DNA of 32,000 nt from contig CANQGP010000002.1 of NCBI GenBank assembly GCA_947623285.1, positions 23,143 to 55,142 of the forward strand, in the 5' to 3' direction. Made by a program: the position numbers and the translations under genes. The stretch's first letter is position 1. Each line of letters starts with the position of its first letter. Source of the stretch: an uncultured Clostridia bacterium (GTDB lineage Bacteria > Bacillota > Clostridia > TANB77 > CAG-508). The notes under the pieces were generated by a model, which saw only the letters and a program-made list of their open reading frames with translations, was not told the DNA's origin and made no database searches. Below, one piece after another: positions 24,407 to 32,000 of this stretch.

Positions 24407-26707
24407 TTATAATATTTCTAAGTTTGCATATTTAGCCATTAATCTTTTATGTCCTGACTTTTCAAAATTGATATCTACTTTTAAGTCATCTCCTTCTGGT
24501 TCTATTTGATTTATTATTCCTTCACCGAATTTTTTATGATATACTTTTACACCTGGTTTGTATTGTGTTAAATCCACTTTTGTTTTTTCTTTTTTCTTTA
24601 ATGAATTTAAAAAACTATCTGCTGTTCTAAATGCAAATCCTGATGATACTGTTGATGATTTTTGTTGACTATTAATTCTTGAATTTAGTGAACTTGGTCC
24701 TGTTTTGTATGTTTTAACTTTTGAATTTCCATAACTCCATTCAAAGTTATCTTCTTGAAAATCGCTGTAATCACTTTTTCCTTCTAGTGCTTCTTCATAT
24801 CCATCTAACAAGTCTTCAGGGATTTCTTTTACAAATCTTGATACTGCGTTATATGATGTTGAACCAAATATTGTTCTTTGTTTTGCAAATGATATAAATA
24901 AATTTTCTTTTGCTCTTGTTATTCCTACATAACATAAACGTCTTTCTTCTTCCATTTCTTTTGGTTCTGATATTGATTTATATCCTGGAAATATTCCTTC
25001 TTCTAAACCTACTAAAAATACTGTTGGAAATTCTAGTCCTTTTGCACTATGTAGTGTCATTAATGTTACTGATTCTTCTTCATCTTCCATTCCATCTATA
25101 TCTGAGGTTAAAGTTATTCCTTCTAAAAATTCACTAAGTCCATTTTCGGCTGATTCTTCCTCAAATTCTATTGCTACAGTTAAAAATTCGTCTAAGTTTT
25201 CTATTCTGTTTTCTGCTTCTATTGTTTTTTCTTTTTCTAATGCATCTAAATATCCTGTTTTCTTTAATGTTGATTTTATCAATTCTGATATTGTTTTTTC
25301 TTCATTTCTTAGTTCTTCTATTTGATTTATGAACTCTCTTGATTTTAAAAACACTCTGTTTAAATCGTATCTGTCTGCATTTTTTAATACTTCGTACATT
25401 GATATTCCATTTTCGTTTGCTATTTGTTCTATCTTATCTAAGCTTGTTTTACCTATTCCTCTTTTGGGTTCATTTACTACTCTTCTGAAGCTTATATTGT
25501 CTGATGAATTTTGAATTAGTCTTAAATATGCAATTATGTCTTTTATTTCTTTCCTTTCATAGAATTTTAGTCCACCTATTATTTTGTATGGAATATTTTC
25601 TCTTCTTAATATGTCTTCTATTGCTCTTGATTGTGCATTCATTCTATATAATATGGCAAAGTCTGAATATTTGTAATATTCTTCACGTTTTAGATGTTCT
25701 ATTTCATCTACTATAAAAGATCCTTCATCATATTCATTATCTGCTAAATATACTTTTGGTAAATTTCCTTTTTCATTTTGCGTCCATAGTTCTTTTTTAT
25801 ATTTTACTTCATTATTACTTATTACTGAATTTGCTACTTTTAGTATGTTTCCTGTGCATCTGTAGTTTTGCTCTAATTTTATTACTTTTGTGTTTGGAAA
25901 ATCTTTTTCGAAATTTAGAATATTTGAGATGTCTGCTCCTCTAAAACTATAGATTCCCTGATCATTATCTCCTACTACTGTGATATTTCCATTTTGTGCT
26001 GCTAGTAAACTTATTAATGTGAATTGAGCTTTATTTGTATCTTGATACTCGTCTACTAAAACATATTTAAATTTGTTTGAATAATAATCTAAAATTTCAG
26101 GTTCTTGTAGCAATATTTTTATAGTATAGTTTATTATGTCATCGAAATCTATTGCATTATTTTCTTTTAATTTTTTTTGATATAATTTATATACTGTGGC
26201 TATTTTTTCTTTTCTATAATCATCTGCTCTTGCTGTATATTGGTCAGGTTCTAGCATTTCGTTTTTTGCATTACTTATTTCTGAAAGCACACTTCTATCT
26301 GTAAATAATTTATCATCTATGTTTAATTCTTTTAAACAGTTTTTTACTAAAGTTCTTTGGTCTGATGTATCAAATATTATGAATGAACTGTTGAATCCGA
26401 TTCTGTCTATAAATCTCCTTAATATACGCACACAAATTGAATGAAAGGTTCCAACCCACATGTCTTTTATTCCTTCACCTATTAATGCTTCTATTCTTTC
26501 TTTCATTTCATTTGCTGCTTTGTTTGTAAATGTTATTGCTAATATTTCCCATGGATGCATTCCTTTTTCTTCTAGTAAATACGCAATTTTATGTGTTAAT
26601 ACTTTTGTTTTTCCGCTTCCAGCTCCTGCTATTACTAAGCATGGACCTGTTGTAGTTGTAACTGCTTCGTATTGTTTATCATTTAATCCTTCTAGTATTT
26701 TTTGCAT
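24407..26707 (-). CDS. pcrA: ATP-dependent DNA helicase PcrA (UvrD/Rep superfamily 1)
   Basis: 766 aa reading LNDKQYEAV...VIAGAGSGKTKVLTHKIAYL...ILAITFTNKAANEMKERI...VDEYQDTN...TLHSAKGLEF...YVGITRAKE, with a C-terminal KVYHKKFGEGII Tudor-like tail. Confidence 0.95.
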   Translation of the reverse strand: MQKILEGLNDKQYEAVTTTTGPCLVIAGAGSGKTKVLTHKIAYLLEEKGMHPWEILAITFTNKAANEMKERIEALIGEGIKDMWVGTFHSICVRILRRFIDRIGFNSSFIIFDTSDQRTLVKNCLKELNIDDKLFTDRSVLSEISNAKNEMLEPDQYTARADDYRKEKIATVYKLYQKKLKENNAIDFDDIINYTIKILLQEPEILDYYSNKFKYVLVDEYQDTNKAQFTLISLLAAQNGNITVVGDNDQGIYSFRGADISNILNFEKDFPNTKVIKLEQNYRCTGNILKVANSVISNNEVKYKKELWTQNEKGNLPKVYLADNEYDEGSFIVDEIEHLKREEYYKYSDFAILYRMNAQSRAIEDILRRENIPYKIIGGLKFYERKEIKDIIAYLRLIQNSSDNISFRRVVNEPKRGIGKTSLDKIEQIANENGISMYEVLKNADRYDLNRVFLKSREFINQIEELRNEEKTISELIKSTLKKTGYLDALEKEKTIEAENRIENLDEFLTVAIEFEEESAENGLSEFLEGITLTSDIDGMEDEEESVTLMTLHSAKGLEFPTVFLVGLEEGIFPGYKSISEPKEMEEERRLCYVGITRAKENLFISFAKQRTIFGSTSYNAVSRFVKEIPEDLLDGYEEALEGKSDYSDFQEDNFEWSYGNSKVKTYKTGPSSLNSRINSQQKSSTVSSGFAFRTADSFLNSLKKKEKTKVDLTQYKPGVKVYHKKFGEGIINQIEPEGDDLKVDINFEKSGHKRLMAKYANLEIL

Positions 26708-26749
26708 TTATTTTTTGTATGATATACTTAATAATTTTATATACATCAT
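26708..26749 (-). CDS. Possible 13-codon upstream ORF abutting the pcrA start
   Basis: AAGGAG at 26758-26753, ATGATG at 26749-26744, peptide MMYIKLLSISYKK. Its TAA (26710-26708) is immediately followed by the pcrA ATG (26707). pcrA has no SD of its own in the preceding 15 nt. Confidence 0.3.
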   Translation of the reverse strand: MMYIKLLSISYKK

Positions 26750-26810
26750 ACACTCCTTTCTTTATTTTTTCTTGTATTTGTAAGCTTTTTGTTGGTTTTT
26801 TACTTAAATA

Positions 26811-26839
26811 AGTATATATTTTTTGATTTGATAAGTCAA
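26811..26839 (-). promoter_or_regulatory. Putative sigma-A promoter of pcrA
   Basis: The minus strand reads TTGACT (26839-26834), 17 nt, TATACT (26816-26811). Confidence 0.55.
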
Positions 26840-26874
26840 TATTAAACAAAGTATTTTTACAGTATTTTCGCAAC

Positions 26875-26897
26875 AAAAAAGGGTGGCAGCGCCACCC
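26875..26897 (-). terminator. G+C-rich intrinsic terminator after the 26910-27407 gene
   Basis: gggtggc-agc-gccaccc (26881-26897) is followed on the minus strand by T6 (a-run 26875-26880). It begins 13 nt after the stop codon. Confidence 0.85.
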
Positions 26898-26909
26898 TTG
26901 GGTAATTGT

Positions 26910-27407
26910 CTACTTGCAAACAATTTTATACCATTCTCTTTGAGAATCACACATTGCTCTGGACATCTTGTATGTTGATACATGTTCACACAGAATTGAT
27001 GATGTCCTACCTTTTTTCTTATATGAGCATCCTCTGCTCTTTATTTCAGAGATAAAAGGCTTGTTAGTATTAACTTTGTTCATTTTTCTTACACGTTTGT
27101 TTTCCCGTCTTTTTACTTGTGCCAACCACTTCCCTGGTTTAGACTCAGGTTCAAATGGTCGTCTGAAGGAGTTTCCTTTCTTATATCCTTTCATATACTT
27201 CCTGTTTTCTTTTTTTGAAAGGTACCCTTCTTCAATAAAATCTTCGTCAAAGATTTCTTCCTCAAAACTATCTTCGTAGTTTTCATCATAGGAATCATCT
27301 ACACCATAGTTATTTGTGTTGTCATCTTGTCCGCTGTAAAACGTTGCAATTTCATTTTCAAGGATTTCTGCTTCTTCTTCTGTCAGCATTAAATTATTAT
27401 AACTCAT
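26910..27407 (-). CDS. Hypothetical 165-aa protein: acidic N-terminal half, basic Cys-containing C-terminal half (family not recognised)
   Basis: AAGGAG lies 4 nt upstream of ATG 27407. The N-terminal part is ...EEEAEILENE...DDSYDENYEDSFEEEIFDEDFIEEG. The C-terminal part is KKENRKYMKGYKKGNSFRRP...RGCSYKKKGRTSSILCEHVSTYKMSRAMCDSQREWYKIVCK (C-x12-C-x12-C-x10-C). G+C content is clearly above the neighbours. Confidence 0.65.
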   Translation of the reverse strand: MSYNNLMLTEEEAEILENEIATFYSGQDDNTNNYGVDDSYDENYEDSFEEEIFDEDFIEEGYLSKKENRKYMKGYKKGNSFRRPFEPESKPGKWLAQVKRRENKRVRKMNKVNTNKPFISEIKSRGCSYKKKGRTSSILCEHVSTYKMSRAMCDSQREWYKIVCK

Positions 27408-27518
27408 AGTTCTCCTTAAAATATCTTCTTGAATTAAATGTTAAAGTTAATTACTAACACCGTACGCTTACAATTACCATAACACTATTGCTAGTGCTTC
27501 TACAAAATCACTGTTTAT

Positions 27519-27547
27519 AGTTTAGCATACTTTTTTTATTTTGTCAA
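27519..27547 (-). promoter_or_regulatory. Consensus-like sigma-A promoter of the 26910-27407 gene
   Basis: The minus strand reads TTGACA (27547-27542), 17 nt, TAAACT (27524-27519). The ~110-nt leader contains the hairpin CACTA-GCAA-TAGTG (27483-27496). Confidence 0.65.
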
Positions 27548-27563
27548 CACTTATGTTAACTTT

Positions 27564-27806
27564 TTATTGTAGTTCTGTTTTTACTGTATTTACTTCTGTT
27601 GTTGTTGCTTTTTGTGCTGGTTGATAATATCCTTTTGTTTGTGCTATTTTAAAAAGCTCATATTGGAAACTTTCTCCGTTGTTACGCATTTGTTGTATAG
27701 TTTGTCTTAAATCCATATTTTCAGCTTCTAATATTACTCCTTGATATGTTTTTATATCTCCTTTTGTACTTTCAAGAATATCATTTACCATTGTTTTTTC
27801 ATCCAT
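27564..27806 (-). CDS. Spore coat protein, CotF (Coat F domain) family
   Basis: 80 aa reading MDEKTMVNDILESTKGDIKTYQGVILEAENMDLRQTIQQMRNNGESFQYELFKIAQTKGYYQPAQ, which matches the clostridial Coat F pattern as I recall it. AAAGGAG lies upstream. Confidence 0.75.
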   Translation of the reverse strand: MDEKTMVNDILESTKGDIKTYQGVILEAENMDLRQTIQQMRNNGESFQYELFKIAQTKGYYQPAQKATTTEVNTVKTELQ

Positions 27807-27892
27807 GCTTTTCTCCTTTCTTATTTACAAATTTTATTTTTAAACTTTTTATTTGCATTCTGTTTTCCACATTTTTTTAATTATATGTGGAT

Positions 27893-28144
27893 TTAGTTGT
27901 TTAAAAATGTCATTAATTTTTGTTTTGTGTTTAATGCGTCTTGTGCTGATTTTGTAAATAATTGTTTTATTTGTGGATCAACACAATTTTGTGCATATGT
28001 GTTTAATTTTTGATAGGAAGTTTCATGTGCTCCTATTAAATGTCTTAAGTTTTGTAATTCTACTTGATTTAAATCTGCCACCTTCATCAGTCCTTTCTTT
28101 AATATTCTTTTTACATTATTTACTATTTTTTTGTTTTTATTCAT
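27893..28144 (-). CDS. Small CotF-associated spore coat protein-like ORF
   Basis: The segment ...DLNQVELQNLRHLIGAHETSYQKLNTYAQNCVDPQIKQLFTKSAQDALNTKQKLMTFL resembles the small helical partner usually encoded upstream of Coat F genes. The start could be ATG 28144 or the internal ATG 28087 (MKVADLNQ..., preceded by AAAGGA). Confidence 0.6.
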   Translation of the reverse strand: MNKNKKIVNNVKRILKKGLMKVADLNQVELQNLRHLIGAHETSYQKLNTYAQNCVDPQIKQLFTKSAQDALNTKQKLMTFLNN

Positions 28145-28195
28145 TTTTTACAAGAAACCTTATTGTATACGTAAAAATCTTTAATTTTCATATAC

Positions 28196-28240
28196 AAAAA
28201 AAACACTATATAAGGCAATATTTTTATTGCTCTTTTAGTG
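28196..28240 (-). terminator. Intrinsic terminator after the 28311-30116 PBP gene
   Basis: The minus strand reads CACTA-aaagaGCAATAaaaaTATTGCcttata-TAGTG (nested stems), followed by T8 (a-run 28196-28203 on the + strand). Confidence 0.7.
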
Positions 28241-28310
28241 CTTTTTTATTAACAATAACAAGATTTTGTGGCACCTATCTACAATCTTTTATTGTGTTGG
28301 TGGTTCCTCT

Positions 28311-30116
28311 TTAGAATAATGTTTTTATTTTTTTGATTAGGTAGTGGCTTCCTCCTTCTGTGTTATTTTGAGTGTTTTCTACCATACTTATTATTAGCTT
28401 ATTATTTCCTTCTGGCTCATTTATTGTGAAACAATCAAACCATCCTAATGTTCCACTTTCGGTGTCATCCGCTGATTTTTTTAGTTCTGCTGTTCCTGTT
28501 TTTCCTGCTATTGTGTGACCTGTAATTTCCATATCATTTGCTGTTCCTTCTGGATTTTCTACTACTTGTATTAATGCTTTTTGTACTTCGTCTGCTGCTT
28601 GCTCTGAAAAAGCTCCTTCTTTTAGATATTCTGTTTCTGGTCTTTCTTTATATAGTAGATATGGTTTTACCATGTTTCCTTTGTTTGCAAATGCTGAGTA
28701 AATTGATGCCATATGAATTGGATTTACTAGAATATTTCCTTGTCCATATCCTGAATCTGCAAGTTTTTTCTCATTTTCTATTGTGTCTGTATTTGAGAAT
28801 TGAGATTTGCTTATTGATAATGGGAAGTTTGGTATTTCTTCTCCAAATCCTATATTTTTTAATCCTTCTATAAATGTTTGTGTCCCTATTTGCATTGCTG
28901 CTTGTCCAAAGAAGATATTATCTGAGTGTATTAATGCATTTTGTATATTTTTTACTCCGTTATATGCTGTTAGTGTTGTTATTTTATCTTCTCCCCAAGT
29001 TGAATCTTTTTGCCAACTTAATCCTTCATAATTAAATGTTGTTTCTGGTGTTAATTTTCCTGTTGTTAATCCTATTGCTGCTGTTATTGGCTTGAATGTT
29101 GAACCTGGGCAATAGCTTTGTGCAAACCTATTGTACAATGGTTTTGAATCATCATTATTTAGTTGCTCCCATTTTTCGTTTGACATTCCTGATACGAAGT
29201 CGTTTGAGTCATATGATGGTGTGCTAACTAATGCTAACAATTCTCCTGTTTGTGGCTCCATTACTACAAAAAATCCTTTATCATTTTGCATCTGGTCATA
29301 TAAGTCTTTTTGTAGTTTTGCATCTATTGTTAATTTTACATTTTGTCCATCTTTTTGATTTTGAATTGCTAATGTTTTTACTTTTTCATCATTTTCATTT
29401 GTTATATATATTTCTTTTCCATCTGTTCCTTTTAGTGTTTCTTCATATGCAAGTTCTGCTCCTGTTTTTCCTATTGTGCTTTCTGAACTGTAGCCTTTGC
29501 CTACATTTGCTTCTAATTCTTTGTCTGTTATTGATGAGATATACCCTATTAAGTGTGAAGCTTCTTTTCCTAATGGATAAACTCTTTTGTTTCCCTCTTC
29601 TGTTGTTTCATTTTCTGCTAATTTTTCACCATTTCTATCTAATATTTCTCCTCTTTTTGCTGGCAATGTTGATACTCGTACTTTATATGAATCGTTTAAT
29701 TCTGGGAAAATTAAATTAGATGACCATTCTATTTTGTAATCTAATTTTTCTCTTACTAATTCTGCTGTATTTGTAAATTCTATTGTTCCTGCTGATGATG
29801 GAATTTTTTCGTTATATGTTATTTGAGTTTTTCCATTATTTTGAGTTTTTCCTGTTATTTCTACTTCTATTTTTACTGCATCTATTCCTTCATATATATT
29901 CTTGTTTCTTTTTACAAAGTTTTCTTTTGATATTTTTGATTTTGATTCTTCTGATATTGTTTCATATAGTTCTTCATATTTATGTTCATTGATTAATGCT
30001 ATATAATTTCTAAACGCTTGGTCTTGCTTTTTTCCAAAATATATTAATATGCCAACTATTGCTAGTGCTATAAATACAAGTATTAGCATGATTATTACTA
30101 TTTTTTTTGCTTTCAT
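28311..30116 (-). CDS. Class B penicillin-binding protein with an NTF2-like (MecA_N-type) N-terminal domain
   Basis: 601 aa with a TM anchor. The N-terminal region (FRNYIALINEHKYEELYETISEESK) is typical of the PBP2a/PbpC-type head. Transpeptidase motifs are GSTFKPITAA, HSDN and GKTGTAE. AAGGAG lies 8 nt upstream of ATG 30116. Confidence 0.9.
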   Translation of the reverse strand: MKAKKIVIIMLILVFIALAIVGILIYFGKKQDQAFRNYIALINEHKYEELYETISEESKSKISKENFVKRNKNIYEGIDAVKIEVEITGKTQNNGKTQITYNEKIPSSAGTIEFTNTAELVREKLDYKIEWSSNLIFPELNDSYKVRVSTLPAKRGEILDRNGEKLAENETTEEGNKRVYPLGKEASHLIGYISSITDKELEANVGKGYSSESTIGKTGAELAYEETLKGTDGKEIYITNENDEKVKTLAIQNQKDGQNVKLTIDAKLQKDLYDQMQNDKGFFVVMEPQTGELLALVSTPSYDSNDFVSGMSNEKWEQLNNDDSKPLYNRFAQSYCPGSTFKPITAAIGLTTGKLTPETTFNYEGLSWQKDSTWGEDKITTLTAYNGVKNIQNALIHSDNIFFGQAAMQIGTQTFIEGLKNIGFGEEIPNFPLSISKSQFSNTDTIENEKKLADSGYGQGNILVNPIHMASIYSAFANKGNMVKPYLLYKERPETEYLKEGAFSEQAADEVQKALIQVVENPEGTANDMEITGHTIAGKTGTAELKKSADDTESGTLGWFDCFTINEPEGNNKLIISMVENTQNNTEGGSHYLIKKIKTLF

Positions 30117-30160
30117 AAATATTGCTCCTTGTATAATATTTAGGTTTTTAAAGGTTACCT

Positions 30161-30243
30161 ATAAACCTTTTTTGTTTTTATCTTTCTTTAAATTTTTTAG
30201 TTATTTATAACCTTTTTTCGTTTTATCTTTCTTTAGATTTTTT
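30161..30243. repeat. ~38-nt direct repeat with 46-nt period, duplicating the 3' end of the 30223-31935 gene
   Basis: 30161-30198 (ataaaccttttttgtttttatctttctttaaatttttt) against 30207-30243 (ataaccttttttcgttttatctttctttagatttttt). The second copy contains the stop and last codons (EKKSKER*). The first is a downstream non-coding copy. Confidence 0.75.
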
Positions 30244-31935
30244 CTCATTTTCATAATTGTTATTTTTGTTTTCTTTTTGCTCTTTTGTTGAATTTTCTGT
30301 TTGCTTTTGTCTTGAATTTTCTGTTTGTTCATTCTTATCCCAGTTTTTAATGTTCATTTCGTTTTTGAATGTATTTACTTTTTTCTCTGTTGTTTTATTA
30401 TTTATTAATCTTTCTGTTTTTTCGTCATCTATCAATCTTTCTGTTATTTCATCATCTATTAATTTTTCTGTTATTTCGTCATTCGTATTTTGGCTGAAAC
30501 TTCTTTTTCTTTCTTTGAAAAATCTGACTATTTTATTCTTTATTTCAGGTATCCTCAATTTACGTATTACTTCTCTTACGGGTTTTCCTAACTTGTTTAG
30601 TTTCATGCTTACTTGTCCCATAAATTTGTCTACTGGTCTCATTACTTTAAGTGCTTGTGTTCCAAAGTTTATTGGTTCTTTTGGAACTTTTCCTCTTCTT
30701 GCTTGTGCTATTACTTTTTTCTGGCTAGCTAATTTGTTATATATTCTATTTCCTACATATACATGCTGTCTTCTATTATCTCTTTTTATTTTATATTTGA
30801 AGAATAATGGCTTTTTTCCTTCTGTTTCTTCTGCATCTTTGTCTCTTAGTTCCTCAAACTCTTCTTCTATGTCCATTAATTCATCTGCTTCATTTTCAAA
30901 TTTTCTTTCCATTTTGTTTAATATATTTCTTAGCTTTTTCTTTTCTATTAACTTTAGTTCTCCTTTAGTTATTTTAGGTAATGATTTATATATTAAATCT
31001 AAGTACATGTCTTCTGAATCTTTGATTGCTTGCATTGCTTCTTCATGTGACAGAAATCTATTATTTAATAAATCTTCCCTTTCACTTTCCATTTCATCAA
31101 TTAATTGATTAGTTCTTTTATTTGTTCCATTCAGATTGTATTTTTTTTGCAATATAGGATATCGAGTTAATAAATTTAATTTTTTGTTTATACATATTTC
31201 TCTATCTAATACTTCATCCATTATTTCTTCTTTGTCTTGTCTCACAATGTCATACTTTTCACCATCTTCAGTTTCTACATCTCTAACTTCATATTGAGAT
31301 AAGTTTTCATTTATTTTATATTGCAACATATATATGCTAGTTGTTCTATCATATTTTTCTGCTTCTATTTGTTTTTTTAGTGCAATTTCATTTGCATTGT
31401 TCTCTGTTCCAATATTTCCATAGTTATATTCATAATATTTTTTTCCTAATATATCATGTATAGCAAAATCTTTTGCAAAACTCAATGCTTCTTTTGAAGT
31501 AACATTACTTGTTGCCATTATATATTGTCTATGGTGTTGTATTTCATGTGCTATTGTATGTATTATTTCTTTACAACCACTCATTCTTTGGTTAAAATCT
31601 GAACTCATTAACATTTTGTATAATTGATTTGTATTTATTTTTACACTTTCGCCATTCCTATATTCTCCATAGAAATCTCCTTCTGCTTCATCTCCTAAAT
31701 ACAATTCTATTTTTTCTTTAAACTCTTTTTCTAATACTTTCATTTCAGATTCGTATATTCTTGTTACTATTTTATCCAATTTTTCTTTAACTTCATAACT
31801 GTCTAATCTTTGTACTTCCATATATACAAACAAATCATCAATTGCTGTTATTCTTTCTTCTAGTTCTTCGTTATTTAATTCTGTTATTTTTTGGATGTTT
31901 TTTATTTCTCCCGCTTCAAATAATATATCTCTCAT
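30223..31935 (-). CDS. Hypothetical cytoplasmic HExxH-motif protein with long Lys/Glu-rich coiled-coil/low-complexity tail
   Basis: 570-aa ORF with no signal peptide. It has IIHTIAHEIQHHRQY (HExxH) and a possible downstream Glu ligand in GTENNANEIAL. The C-terminal third is K/E/R-rich with tandem repeats. Confidence 0.7.
   Translation of the reverse strand: MRDILFEAGEIKNIQKITELNNEELEERITAIDDLFVYMEVQRLDSYEVKEKLDKIVTRIYESEMKVLEKEFKEKIELYLGDEAEGDFYGEYRNGESVKINTNQLYKMLMSSDFNQRMSGCKEIIHTIAHEIQHHRQYIMATSNVTSKEALSFAKDFAIHDILGKKYYEYNYGNIGTENNANEIALKKQIEAEKYDRTTSIYMLQYKINENLSQYEVRDVETEDGEKYDIVRQDKEEIMDEVLDREICINKKLNLLTRYPILQKKYNLNGTNKRTNQLIDEMESEREDLLNNRFLSHEEAMQAIKDSEDMYLDLIYKSLPKITKGELKLIEKKKLRNILNKMERKFENEADELMDIEEEFEELRDKDAEETEGKKPLFFKYKIKRDNRRQHVYVGNRIYNKLASQKKVIAQARRGKVPKEPINFGTQALKVMRPVDKFMGQVSMKLNKLGKPVREVIRKLRIPEIKNKIVRFFKERKRSFSQNTNDEITEKLIDDEITERLIDDEKTERLINNKTTEKKVNTFKNEMNIKNWDKNEQTENSRQKQTENSTKEQKENKNNNYENEKKSKER
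30403..30483 (-). repeat. Three in-frame 27-nt tandem repeats (9-aa unit [DN]DE[IK]TE[KR]LI), with a degenerate fourth copy at 30376-30402
   Basis: The units are tattaatctttctgttttttcgtcatc / tatcaatctttctgttatttcatcatc / tattaatttttctgttatttcgtcatt. They translate as NDEITEKLIDDEITERLIDDEKTERLINNKTTEKKV. Confidence 0.85.
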
Positions 31936-32000
31936 TTTCTTATCCTACCTACTCATATCTTTTTCATCTTTATGTATGTGTTTTTTATAAATTTCTTCTA

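Noticed and set aside
26679-26989. ORFs 26679-26876 and 26804-26989 (minus strand)
   Set aside because: They span the pcrA promoter, the G+C-rich terminator and the 3' end of the 26910-27407 gene in other frames. This is incompatible with the clear promoter and terminator signals there.
30150-30180. Hairpin aaaggtt-acctata-aaccttt followed by ttttttgttttt as a terminator
   Set aside because: The U-tract is on the + strand, where there is no upstream gene. On the minus strand the hairpin is followed by A residues. Whether it terminates the HExxH gene transcript is therefore unclear, and I have not annotated it.
30376-30483. Short regularly spaced repeats checked as a possible CRISPR array (also 970-1074 and 24271-24330)
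   Set aside because: The repeats are contiguous with no spacers and are 10-27 nt long. Two of the three are in-frame coding repeats. There are no cas genes.

Overview
A+T-rich window (about 30% G+C by eye, not computed). Gene content points to a low-GC, spore-forming Firmicute (Clostridia-like); this is inference. Nearly all genes are on the minus strand.

Layout, left to right:
- (1) 1-14589: a ~14.5 kb locus of three giant secreted surface proteins (4854-<1, 9673-5243, 14469-9691). The two outer genes are paralogs. The middle one has an N-terminal Cys/Gln signature resembling thioester-domain (TQXA) adhesins. All three end in an x-x-x-T-G + hydrophobic helix + K/R tail. No sortase gene is in the window. 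The left-most gene is missing from the ORF track because its stop lies outside the window.
- (2) 14703-15243: a small plus-strand pair, a hypothetical protein plus an overlapping 41-codon hydrophobic ORF.
- (3) 15289-21994: a cell-shape/division operon, DUF4321-like, radC (damaged), mreB, mreC, mreD, class B PBP (mrdA-like), then minC. There is no minD/minE. Two long hairpin elements fill the 357-nt spacer before minC.
- (4) 21995-24330: a third long hairpin element, then mecA (+), an M23 peptidase (-), and a 10-bp-periodic repeat tract.
- (5) 24407-26758: pcrA with an abutting 13-codon upstream ORF.
- (6) 26875-27547: a G+C-richer single-gene cassette encoding an acidic-N/basic-C Cys-containing protein.
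- (7) 27564-31935: two CotF-type coat protein genes, a second class B PBP, and a HExxH coiled-coil protein with tandem repeats.

I saw no tRNA, rRNA, CRISPR array, transposase, integrase or recognisable defence gene. The strongest candidates for something undescribed are the giant adhesin locus and the three long AT-stem/GC-core hairpin elements. All family calls rest on motifs recognised by eye and need HMM or structure confirmation.
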